This document shows positions 28,821-37,231 of a stretch of 64,000 nt of DNA, piece by piece. The stretch covers positions 1,408,001 through 1,472,000 of the forward strand of contig CAVRVY010000004.1 of assembly GCA_963724765.1 (NCBI GenBank). Reading direction: 5' to 3'. A program made the translations under genes and the position numbers. Position 1 is the first letter of the stretch. Each line of letters opens with the position of its first letter. This DNA comes from an uncultured delta proteobacterium (lineage in GTDB: Bacteria > Desulfobacterota > Binatia > Binatales > Binataceae). The notes below the pieces were generated by a model. That model worked only from the letters and a program-made list of their open reading frames with translations. It was not told the origin of the DNA and made no database searches.

Positions 28821-30145
28821 CAGAGAAGCCGAATAAATCGATCACCTCGGGGCGCACGCGCCGCGCGCTGAAGATCGGCGGGCTCGCCTCGCAGGTCGGC
28901 TCCAGCTACCTGTGGACTTCGATACGCAAGCCCTTCCTCGACGCCGCGCGCCACGAGCGCGAACTGCTCGACACCCACATCCGCAACGCCCAGCGCATCG
29001 TCGAAAGCTCCACCCAGTTGCGCGGCGCGTTCATGAAGCTGGTGCAGATGCTCTCGATGCGGGAGGACTTGTTGCCGATCGAAGCGATCGACCTGCTCAA
29101 GACCACGCGCGACGGCGTGCCACCGATGGACTATCCGATGATCGCGCAGCAGATCCGCCGCGAACTCGGCAAGCGCCCCGAGCAGCTCTTCTCAAATTTC
29201 GAGCCGCGCGCCTTCGCCGCCGCCTCGCTCGGCCAAGTCCATCGCGCGCGCCTCAAAAGTGGCGAGGAAGTCGCGGTCAAGGTTCAGTATCCGGGCATCG
29301 ACGCGACCGTGCGCCAGGACCTTGGCAATCTTAAGCTGCTGCTGCGTACGCTGCAGGCGATCGCCGGCGACGTGATGCGGCAGAAGATCGAGACCCGCAC
29401 GGTCTACCGCGAACTCGAGGAACGGCTGGTCGAGGAACTCGACTACCGAATCGAGGCGCGCAACACGATGGAGTTCCATCGGCTGTACGCTGGCGATCCC
29501 GAGACGATCATCCCGGCGGTCGTCGGCGATCTGAGTTCGCGCCGCGTGCTCACGATGACTTACCTCGACGGCTACCATCTCTCGGACCTGATGAACCCGA
29601 CAGCCGATCTCGAGCTGCGCAAATGGGTCACGCGCAAGTACTACGAGCTGGTCTGGCGTCAGTTGCTCGAATTCGGCGTGCTTCACACCGATCCGCATCC
29701 CGGCAACTACCTCGTCACCCATCATCCGCACATTTGCATTCTCGACTTCGGATCGATTCGCCGTTATCCCGAATCGATTCGCCGCGCCAATCTCCAATTC
29801 GCCCGCGCGCTGGTCGAACGTAACGACCGCGCGCTCGGACAGGCGCTGGTCAAGCTCGGCTACCTCGACCGCGGCCAGAGTCCGCGTCCGATGATCGAGG
29901 CCGTTCACATGTTGTTCGAGCCGGTCCTGGAGGACCGGCTCTACGGGCCTGACGAGTACGACCTGGTCGGCAAACTCGCACTGGTGGGCGAGATCGCGTT
30001 CAAGCACAAGCTTTACAAGTCGCCCGCGCACGGGGTGTTCACCGTGCGCGCACTGGTCGGGCTCGACGGCATTATGCGCGGCCTCGGCGTGCGCGCCAAT
30101 TACCACGATCTGTTTCGGGAATGCGTGGGACGCGTGCGGGCATGA
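28817..30145 (+). CDS. ABC1/AarF/UbiB-family atypical kinase
   Basis: AAASLGQVHRA, VAVKVQYPGI, ELDY..EA.N, HTDPHPGNY, LDFG. Confidence 0.93.
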   Translation: MTEKPNKSITSGRTRRALKIGGLASQVGSSYLWTSIRKPFLDAARHERELLDTHIRNAQRIVESSTQLRGAFMKLVQMLSMREDLLPIEAIDLLKTTRDGVPPMDYPMIAQQIRRELGKRPEQLFSNFEPRAFAAASLGQVHRARLKSGEEVAVKVQYPGIDATVRQDLGNLKLLLRTLQAIAGDVMRQKIETRTVYRELEERLVEELDYRIEARNTMEFHRLYAGDPETIIPAVVGDLSSRRVLTMTYLDGYHLSDLMNPTADLELRKWVTRKYYELVWRQLLEFGVLHTDPHPGNYLVTHHPHICILDFGSIRRYPESIRRANLQFARALVERNDRALGQALVKLGYLDRGQSPRPMIEAVHMLFEPVLEDRLYGPDEYDLVGKLALVGEIAFKHKLYKSPAHGVFTVRALVGLDGIMRGLGVRANYHDLFRECVGRVRA

Positions 30146-31116
30146 GCGCGGGACCCGCGCGTAAAAATCCGTCCGCGAGATCCGCGCGGAAGAATTCGCC
30201 CGCGGGACCGGCGCGTAAAAATCCGTCCGCGGGACCCGCGCGGAAGAATTCGCCCGCACGGGTCGCACCCGCGCCACCGCCGCTTGAGGCGCTCGAACGC
30301 CACCGCGACCATCATTTCTGCCGCGTCCGCCATCGCCGGATAAGCGGCGAGCGCGCCGCGCTCGATTTCATCGAGGAAGTCGGTTTCTGCGCAGCGTTCA
30401 CGGCCGGAATGGGCGTGCCGTGCCTGCGCGAGGCGATCGAGGGGATGCGCGAGCCGCCGCTGCCCGAGCATATCCAGCACGATCGGGCGATCGTGATGAC
30501 CTGGAACATCAAGGACGCGCTCCCGGCCAGGAAACTCGTCTACTACGGCAAAGTGCTGGGCGGACGACCGGGCTTCATCGCGCGCGGCCTGCTTGCCGCC
30601 TTTTTGCGCCTGCGAGCCGAGCCGCGCGGCTACCGTGCGTTGTATGAGCGCGGGATGCTCACGCACTGCGCGAAGCTGGTGATGGATGCGCTCACGCGGC
30701 GCGGCGCCGCAGAGACCAAGGCGCTCAAGCTCAGCGCCGGCTACGCGCAGGCGAAGATGCGCGGCGAATTCGATCGCGCGATGAAAGAGTTGCAGGAAAA
30801 ATTTCTCGCGCTCAAAGTCGAAGAGCGTTACGACCCCTTCACTTACGTGTGGGACACGATGGAGCATCGATGGGGCGAGGCGCAGCGCGAGGCGCGCGCG
30901 CTTACCCGCGGCGAAGCCGCGTATCTGGTCGTGCGGCGATATTTCGAGGTTGCCGGCTTCGGCCATGAGCGCGCCGTCGCGCGCCTGCTGACGATCGATC
31001 CGGCGCTGGTTGACGGTGCTGCGCGCCGGCTCGAACGTGAAAGCCGGATAAGACGGGCGCTCCGCGTCGAGGGCTTGATCGGCCAGCACAGCATCCTTGC
31101 CGGGCTTACAGATTGA
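30142..31116 (+). CDS. Winged-helix AlkZ/YcaQ-like protein (putative DNA glycosylase) with a repetitive basic N-terminus
   Basis: ATGA overlap with the kinase gene. FIEEVGFC, W..KD.LP....VYYGK...G...F, F.RA..ELQ motifs of AlkZ-related winged-HTH proteins. Confidence 0.6.
   Translation: MSAGPARKNPSARSARKNSPAGPARKNPSAGPARKNSPARVAPAPPPLEALERHRDHHFCRVRHRRISGERAALDFIEEVGFCAAFTAGMGVPCLREAIEGMREPPLPEHIQHDRAIVMTWNIKDALPARKLVYYGKVLGGRPGFIARGLLAAFLRLRAEPRGYRALYERGMLTHCAKLVMDALTRRGAAETKALKLSAGYAQAKMRGEFDRAMKELQEKFLALKVEERYDPFTYVWDTMEHRWGEAQREARALTRGEAAYLVVRRYFEVAGFGHERAVARLLTIDPALVDGAARRLERESRIRRALRVEGLIGQHSILAGLTD
30148..30255 (+). repeat. Coding tandem repeat, 4 x 27 nt (2 x 54 nt higher order)
   Basis: AGPARKNPS-ARSARKNSP-AGPARKNPS-AGPARKNSP. 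DNA units alternate cgtaaaaatccgtcc and cggaagaattcgccc. Confidence 0.9.
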
Positions 31117-31153
31117 GGGCAAGCAGCAGATTGAAGGAAAAGAGGACCATCTC

Positions 31154-31696
31154 ATGAAGCAGACTGGAAACCGGGCGATGTTGATTGCGGCGTTGATGGC
31201 GGGCGCGGTTGGCGGCGCCGCTTCGGCGCGAGTATGGCCCGCGCCGGCATCGGCGTTCGCCGACCAACAGTTGCTGACCAGCATCAGCGCGAAGCAATTC
31301 GAAGTGATGGACGAGCAGGGAAATATGCGCGCCAAGCTGAACGTCTCGGGCGAGGGAATGGCACATCTGGGACTGTACGATCAGCAGGGCATCGAGCGTG
31401 CGGCGCTGGTCGTGACCAAGGAGGGGACCTCGATGCTGGCGATGTCGGGCGACGACGGCAAGCCGCGGCTGGCGGTGAACGTCGCGGCTCACGACGGCCC
31501 GGCGGCGTTTGCGTTGCTTAATTCCGACAGCACCACTGCGGCCGAACTCGCCATGAACAAGGACACCCGCTCGCTCCTGCTCGCGAACGTCAAGGGCGGC
31601 GCTCGGCTGCGCCTGCAAACGAACCAGGGAGCCAACGCCGAGACGGCGCTGACGATTTATGACAAGAGCGGCAAACCGCTCAAGAAAATTCCGTGA
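31154..31696 (+). CDS. Exported hypothetical protein with beta-repeats
   Basis: GAGG RBS, signal-like N-terminus, repeated L.D..G..RA.L units. Confidence 0.75.
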   Translation: MKQTGNRAMLIAALMAGAVGGAASARVWPAPASAFADQQLLTSISAKQFEVMDEQGNMRAKLNVSGEGMAHLGLYDQQGIERAALVVTKEGTSMLAMSGDDGKPRLAVNVAAHDGPAAFALLNSDSTTAAELAMNKDTRSLLLANVKGGARLRLQTNQGANAETALTIYDKSGKPLKKIP

Positions 31697-31714
31697 GTGG
31701 CACAGGCGACGGCG

Positions 31715-32446
31715 TCACCATTGCTCGTAATGAACGGCGCGCCGCTCATAGCCGGCGCCGCGCAGCAAATCGCGAAGTCTGAGCACGCTCTTGCCGACGC
31801 CGCAGACGTAGAAGTGGCGGCTGCGATCGGAATCGGAGTCGATCCATCGCCGCTGGGTCTCGGCGATCAACCGATCGTAGAGCTCGGAGGCCGGCGCGAG
31901 AAGAGAAGCGAAGTTTACCCCAGACGCCGCCCACTGTGCGATCTCCTCGCGATAGAGCAGATGGGCGGAATCGGGCGCGGCGTAGAGCAGGCTAAGCGCC
32001 GGACGCGCTCCAGCGCCGAGCGCGCGCCGGATCATCGGACGAACCGGCGCAATCGCGGTACCCTCCGTGATAAAGACGCATTCCTTTTCGGGCACGCGGT
32101 CCATCGTGAACGCTCCGAATGGTCCCGTGAACTGGAGTTCATCGCCGAGCTTGCGCTCGAACAGGTATCGCGCGCCCACGCCGCCCGGCACCCGGTTGAA
32201 GCAAATCTCGATCGCGTCGGCCTCCTCCGGGCTGGAAGCGACGGTGTATGGCCGCACGCGCGTCTCATTTTCCAGCGCCAGCGAGATCGATATGAACTGG
32301 CCGGGCACGAAGCTCAACTGTCCGCCGTCGATTAGCTTGAGGAACAGCGAGCGCGTGTCGCTGTTGTGATCGCGCATCCGCTCGACACGGGCACGATAGA
32401 CTGGCCGTCGCGGCGGCGATGCGCCAGGCGCTCCCTGCTCAGCCAT
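31715..32446 (-). CDS. FAD/NAD(P)-binding ferredoxin reductase (FNR-like)
   Basis: F.PGQF, RPYTVASSP, G.G.RYL, GPFG.F, GTAIAP, YVCG, terminal YEQW. Confidence 0.9.
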   Translation of the reverse strand: MAEQGAPGASPPRRPVYRARVERMRDHNSDTRSLFLKLIDGGQLSFVPGQFISISLALENETRVRPYTVASSPEEADAIEICFNRVPGGVGARYLFERKLGDELQFTGPFGAFTMDRVPEKECVFITEGTAIAPVRPMIRRALGAGARPALSLLYAAPDSAHLLYREEIAQWAASGVNFASLLAPASELYDRLIAETQRRWIDSDSDRSRHFYVCGVGKSVLRLRDLLRGAGYERRAVHYEQW

Positions 32447-32485
32447 CGTAGTGGTAAAGCCCTCGGCTCGAATCGCTGCGTGCGC

Positions 32486-32869
32486 TCACGGCTCCGGCTT
32501 GGCCCCGCCTTCGCTAATCTGATTGATGGTATAGCGGGGAATTACGACCACTAACTCGGCGTCGCGATCCTCGATCACGGCCTGACAGGCCAGGCGCGAG
32601 GTCGGAGTCAGCCCTGGCGCTTTATCGAGCAAGTCTTCCTCCTGTTCGGAGGACTCGGAGAGCTTGTTGAACCCGGATTTGACGATCACGTGACAGGTCG
32701 TGCAGGCGCAATTGCCACCGCAAGCATGTTCGAGGTGAATGTGATTGCCGAGCAAGACATCGAGAATCGAGCCGGGCTGGCCGTCATGATGGAAAGGCGC
32801 ATCGGCGGGGTTGAATTCGATAACCCGGTCGGGCTCACCGCTTTCAAAAATCACGTGAATCTTGGCCAT
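32486..32869 (-). CDS. fdx: [2Fe-2S] ferredoxin, ISC/adrenodoxin type
   Basis: LEHACGGNCACTTCHV...EEDLLDKA.GL..TSRLACQ. Start MAKIHV at 32869. Confidence 0.92.
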   Translation of the reverse strand: MAKIHVIFESGEPDRVIEFNPADAPFHHDGQPGSILDVLLGNHIHLEHACGGNCACTTCHVIVKSGFNKLSESSEQEEDLLDKAPGLTPTSRLACQAVIEDRDAELVVVIPRYTINQISEGGAKPEP

Positions 32870-32929
32870 CTCTTTCCAGTGGATCAGTTTTTGACGCTCA
32901 ATGCGAGGGTTGTTTTCAGGTACTTGCCG

Positions 32930-32947
32930 ATTCGCCTGATTTTCGCC
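32930..32947. promoter_or_regulatory. Candidate LexA operator (direct repeat) in the lexA promoter
   Basis: aTTCGCC-tgat-tTTCGCC with an 11-nt period (ATTC-N7-TTTC), lying in the spacer of a TTGCCG-N17-CATCAT promoter. Confidence 0.55.
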
Positions 32948-32995
32948 ATCATGACGATGCCGCCAACGAAGATTCCGCTGGAGGTTGATAAATCG

Positions 32996-33604
32996 ATGGC
33001 CACGCTCACCAAACGACAGAAACAACTCGTCGACTTCCTTGAGAACTATATCACCGAGCACGGCTATGCGCCGACGCTCAGCGAGGTCGGCCAGTATTTC
33101 GGTCTTTCCTCACTGGCCACCGTGCATAAGCATCTGCACAACCTGGAGGAAAAGGGCTTCATCAGGCGCGTCCACAATCACAGCCGCGCGCTCGAGATCA
33201 TGGTCGAACGCAAGCAGCCGGCGGCGCAGGAGTTAAAGCTGGTCGGCACTGTCGCGGCAGGCGCGCCTATCGAGGCGGTCGAGGGCAACGACACGATTGC
33301 GGTGCCCGAGGAGTTCGTACGGCGCGACAACACGTTTTGTCTGCGGGTGAAGGGAGAGTCGATGATCGATGAGGGCATCCGCGACGGCGATTACATCATC
33401 GTCGAGGGACGCGACGCGGCGAGTCCGGGCGAAACGGTGGTCGCCCTGATTGGCGACGAGGCCACAGTCAAAAAATATTTTCCCGAAACCGACGGTAAAG
33501 TCCGTCTGCAGCCGGCCAACGCAACGATGGAACCGATCTTCGTGAGCGAAGACGACCTCAGGATTCGCGGCGTCGTGATTGGCCTTATGCGCCACTACCG
33601 TTAG
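32996..33604 (+). CDS. lexA: SOS repressor LexA
   Basis: LTKRQ, GYAPT..E, SLATVHKHL..LE.KG, VAAG.P (Ala-Gly cleavage site), GESM (Ser), ATVK (Lys). GGAGG RBS. Confidence 0.97.
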   Translation: MATLTKRQKQLVDFLENYITEHGYAPTLSEVGQYFGLSSLATVHKHLHNLEEKGFIRRVHNHSRALEIMVERKQPAAQELKLVGTVAAGAPIEAVEGNDTIAVPEEFVRRDNTFCLRVKGESMIDEGIRDGDYIIVEGRDAASPGETVVALIGDEATVKKYFPETDGKVRLQPANATMEPIFVSEDDLRIRGVVIGLMRHYR

Positions 33605-33700
33605 GGCACGCAGTCCAGGAACGCCGATCGAGCGGCGCTCTCAACCGCGCCGCCTGCCCGACTCTCTGCGCTTGTCTATCTTGGTCGGCATGAACGCTCG

Positions 33701-34642
33701 TTAGATGAACACAACCGGATCGGCGGCGCTGCCGGCGGCTTTGCGCGGCGATGGTGACGGTGGCTGAATAGCCGCGGGCGTAGGGACGTGCTTGCCTCTG
33801 CTGGTGCGGTCAAAAATTCGCTTGCCGATTTTTCCCGCGCTCTGCTCGGCCACCATGGGGGTCGGCGGAATGCGCACTATGAAGCGCGAGCCTCGCCCGG
33901 GCGTCGAGCTGACCTCGAGCTTGGCGCCCAGCGCCGAGACGTTGCGATGCACCACCGCGAGGCCCAAACCGAGTCCGCGAAATTTGCGCGCACTGGAGTG
34001 CGAGAGTTGCGCAAACGGCTCGGCCGCCTGCTTGATTAGCTCCGGGCTCATCCCCAACCCGGTGTCGGCGACCTCGAGCACGACGCCGGGCTCCGCGCGG
34101 CGAGTCCGTGAGCTGCTGATCCGAACAGTCACGCTGCCGCGCTCAGTGAACTTGATCGCATTTAATACCAGGTTGGAGAGAATTGAACGCAGCGGGCGGC
34201 GCGAGGTGTGAATCGTCAGCGGCGCATGCTCAAGGTCGATTTTCAGAGTCAGTTCCTTGCCGCCCCTGGCCGCTTCGATCGCCGGCGCCAGGTCATTCAG
34301 TAGGCTGCTGATTGACACGTCCTCTTCCATGCGGCTGGTGGCGCCCGCTTCCGACATAACGAACTCCATGATGTTGTCGACGGTCTGGGAGAGGTCGTGC
34401 AGATTGCAGTTCATCCGTTCGAGCATAGCGCGCGGCTCGGGATCGAACTTTTCAGCCCATTCGTCGCGCAGGATGTCGACATAGCCGAGCAGCACCTGCA
34501 ATGGCGTGCGCAACTCGTGCGCGAGGTTGGCCAGCACTTCCAGCCGCACACCCTCAATCCATTGGCTCAGCGGGCCCTTGGACTCGATGGTGGTTTGAGG
34601 CTTCGTACCCGGATCGTCGTCGGATGAAGGTCGGTTTGCCAT
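33701..34642 (-). CDS. Cytoplasmic histidine kinase (HisKA + HATPase) with no sensor domain
   Basis: LAHELRTPL, NLVLNAIKFT, V.DTGLG, GLGLGL, PG.GS.F. AGGAG RBS before the ATG at 34642. Confidence 0.9.
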   Translation of the reverse strand: MANRPSSDDDPGTKPQTTIESKGPLSQWIEGVRLEVLANLAHELRTPLQVLLGYVDILRDEWAEKFDPEPRAMLERMNCNLHDLSQTVDNIMEFVMSEAGATSRMEEDVSISSLLNDLAPAIEAARGGKELTLKIDLEHAPLTIHTSRRPLRSILSNLVLNAIKFTERGSVTVRISSSRTRRAEPGVVLEVADTGLGMSPELIKQAAEPFAQLSHSSARKFRGLGLGLAVVHRNVSALGAKLEVSSTPGRGSRFIVRIPPTPMVAEQSAGKIGKRIFDRTSRGKHVPTPAAIQPPSPSPRKAAGSAADPVVFI

Positions 34643-34844
34643 GAGCGTCTCCTGTTTGCCCTTGCGACGCACGGCATGGCGAGCCTTGGCGGCGAAGCAT
34701 GGGCGAATTCATGCTTCGCAAAATAGTTCACGCACGGCAGATGCCCAATCGGGAAACCGCTTAGAAGGAGGAGAAAAAGCGCCTATTTTTCTTGGGAAAA
34801 GTACCTAGAAAACACGAGCAGCAAAACGCAAAACCCCGGACCGC

Positions 34845-35063
34845 TCAGCAGCATCGATTCGGCCCCTTGCCGTGATGTGCCAGCGTCTGCTTCACGATGC
34901 GCACGCGCTCGCCCCGCGAACCGGCGCCCGCCCCGATACGGTTGAGGCGGCGCAACTCCCAGGCTGTCAGCGACGCCGCTACTCGCATCGCGCGGGCGAT
35001 TCGCTTCATCCGCGCCCACAGCGGAGCGGCGTAGTGTCGTGGGTGGATGGCTGCGCGGTTCAT
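34845..35063 (-). CDS. Small basic hypothetical protein ending in Cys-Cys
   Basis: MNRAAIHPRH...KGPNRCC. Fills the gap between the histidine kinase and aguB. Confidence 0.4.
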   Translation of the reverse strand: MNRAAIHPRHYAAPLWARMKRIARAMRVAASLTAWELRRLNRIGAGAGSRGERVRIVKQTLAHHGKGPNRCC

Positions 35064-35196
35064 CGCGAGGCCAAGCCTATTCCGTATCGCGCCCTGCGCC
35101 AATCGAGATCGGCGATTCTCCGGATCATCGTAGCGACACGAGCGCTTCATGCAAGCTGCTGGCGGCGTCCGCGAACGGTTGCTATCAAGGTAGGTC

Positions 35197-36066
35197 ATGA
35201 CTTCCGAGCCGCTACGTATCGCGCTGGTGCAGATGAGCTGCGAGGCCGAGCCGCGACACAACCTGGACAAGGCGCTCACGCGGATCGACGAGGCGGCTGC
35301 GCGCGGCGCCAGGGTAATCTGTCTCCAGGAGCTATTTCGCTCGCGCTATTTCTGCCAGTCCGAGGAGGCCAGCAGCTTCGACCTCGCCGAGCCGATTCCT
35401 GGACCGACCACCGAGGCGTTGAGCGCGGCAGCAGCCGCGCGCAAGGTCGTCGTCGTGGGTTCGATCTTCGAGCGCCGCGCCGAAGGCATCTATCACAACA
35501 CGGCGGTGGTGATGGACGCCGACGGTCGTCTCGCAGGCCGCTACCGCAAGATGCACATTCCTGACGATCCGCACTACTACGAAAAATTCTACTTCACACC
35601 GGGCGACCTCGACTTCACCGCTCATCGCACCGCCCATGCGACGGTCGGCGCGCTGGTATGCTGGGACCAGTGGTTTCCCGAGGCGGCGCGTCTGGTCGCA
35701 CTGGCCGGCGCGCAGATCGTTTTCTATCCCACCGCGATCGGCTGGGAGCGCGGCGAAGTCGAGCCGATGCGCCGCCGCCAGCTCCAGGCCTGGGAGACCA
35801 TCCAGCGCGGCCACGCGATCGCCAACGGGATGTTCGTCGCGGTGGCCAACCGGGTGGGCGCCGAGGACAGCCTGGAGTTCTGGGGCAACTCGTTCGTGGC
35901 CGATCCGTTCGGCGAGGTAATTGCGCGCGCCGGCGCGAGCACGGAGGAAATTCTCATCGCCGACTGCAATCTCGCGCTTATCGAAGAGACCCGGCGCAAC
36001 TGGCCGTTCCTGCGCGACCGGCGTATCGACGCCTACGGCGATCTGCTGCGCCGCTTCCGCTCCTGA
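35197..36066 (+). CDS. aguB: N-carbamoylputrescine amidase (carbon-nitrogen hydrolase)
   Basis: LQELF, YRKMHIPDDP.YYEKFYFTPGD, VCWDQWFPEAAR, YPTAIGW. Adjacent to agmatine deiminase. Confidence 0.92.
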   Translation: MTSEPLRIALVQMSCEAEPRHNLDKALTRIDEAAARGARVICLQELFRSRYFCQSEEASSFDLAEPIPGPTTEALSAAAAARKVVVVGSIFERRAEGIYHNTAVVMDADGRLAGRYRKMHIPDDPHYYEKFYFTPGDLDFTAHRTAHATVGALVCWDQWFPEAARLVALAGAQIVFYPTAIGWERGEVEPMRRRQLQAWETIQRGHAIANGMFVAVANRVGAEDSLEFWGNSFVADPFGEVIARAGASTEEILIADCNLALIEETRRNWPFLRDRRIDAYGDLLRRFRS

Positions 36067-36108
36067 TTCAACGAAAAGTGGAACCGCCTGACGTGAAAGC
36101 GTGAAAAG

Positions 36109-37197
36109 GTGAAATCTCCTTCGCCTGCATCGCCGCAGCTCGCGGCGGCCTACCGGATGCCGGCCGAATCGGCGCCGCATCTGGCGACCTACCTGGTATG
36201 GCCGCACAACCGCGACACGTGGCCGGGCAAGTTCGAGGCGATCCCGCCGGTGTTCGCCCGGATGGCGGCGGCAATCGCGGAGTTCGAGCCGCTGCGATTG
36301 CTGGTCGGCGACGAGGACATGGCCGAGGCGGCGCGCGAGACGATCCTTGCGACGGCAGGCCCGGCGGCGTGCCTGGATCGAATCGCTTTCACGATCGTTG
36401 CGACCAACGATTCATGGATTCGCGACCACGGACCGATCTTCATCAATCGTGCCGCTCCCGGCGATGCTCCTGCGCAGGTCGCGCTGGATTTCGGCTTCAA
36501 CTCGTGGGGCGAAAAATACGGCGCCTTCGATCTCGACGACGCGGTGCCGCGCCGGCTGGGCGAGCGATGGGGCTTCGAGGTCCTCGAGCCCCCGATGGTT
36601 CTCGAAGGCGGTTCGATCGACGTCGACGGCGCGGGCACCCTGCTCACCACCGAATCGTGTCTGCTCAATTCCAATCGCAATCCGGCGCTCGACCGCGCCG
36701 AGATCGAGCGGCGGCTCAAGTACTGGCTCGGCGTGAGCAGCGTGCTCTGGCTCGGAGAGGGAATCGCCGGCGACGACACCGACGGCCACGTCGACGACCT
36801 CGCGCGGTTCGTCGCTCCCGCAACGGTGGTGACCGTGATCGAGGACGACCCGCGCGACGAAAACCATCGCGTGCTCGCCGACAACCTTAAGCGGCTGAGA
36901 GCCATGCGCGACGCCGAGGGCCGAGCGCTCAAGATCGAGACGCTGCCGATGCCGCCCGCGCTGTTCCACGAAGGGACGCGCGTGCCGGCGTCGTACGCGA
37001 ACTTCTACATCTTAAATGCCGGCGTAATAGTGCCCACGTTCGATTGCCCGCAGGACGCGACCGCGATCGCCACGCTTGTCCGGCTATTCCCGGGGCGCCG
37101 CGTCGTCGGTATCCCGTCACACGACCTGGTCTGGGGCCTCGGTGCAGTCCACTGCCTTACCCAACAGCATCCGGTGCCACCGACCGCGCTCGCCTGA
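36109..37197 (+). CDS. aguA: Agmatine deiminase
   Basis: RMPAE..PH, D.WIRDHGP, FNSWG.KY, LEGGSI, DTDGHVD, SYANFY, GAVHCLTQQ. Confidence 0.95.
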   Translation: MKSPSPASPQLAAAYRMPAESAPHLATYLVWPHNRDTWPGKFEAIPPVFARMAAAIAEFEPLRLLVGDEDMAEAARETILATAGPAACLDRIAFTIVATNDSWIRDHGPIFINRAAPGDAPAQVALDFGFNSWGEKYGAFDLDDAVPRRLGERWGFEVLEPPMVLEGGSIDVDGAGTLLTTESCLLNSNRNPALDRAEIERRLKYWLGVSSVLWLGEGIAGDDTDGHVDDLARFVAPATVVTVIEDDPRDENHRVLADNLKRLRAMRDAEGRALKIETLPMPPALFHEGTRVPASYANFYILNAGVIVPTFDCPQDATAIATLVRLFPGRRVVGIPSHDLVWGLGAVHCLTQQHPVPPTALA

Positions 37198-37231
37198 GAC
37201 GCATACGCGAAGGCATACTCACCGGCATCAT

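Noticed and set aside
30148-30255. Repeat as a mini CRISPR array
   Set aside because: Units are contiguous with no unique spacers, keep the reading frame, and no cas genes are present.
32690-32995. N-terminal extensions given by the ORF track (LexA from 32690; also bactofilin from 10293, SDR from 12262, regulator from 52972)
   Set aside because: They overlap neighbouring genes. Downstream starts with an RBS match the family N-termini.
34845-34847. TGA after Cys-Cys in the small ORF as a third selenocysteine codon
   Set aside because: No convincing hairpin downstream. The read-through is U-rich, low-complexity and resembles no domain.
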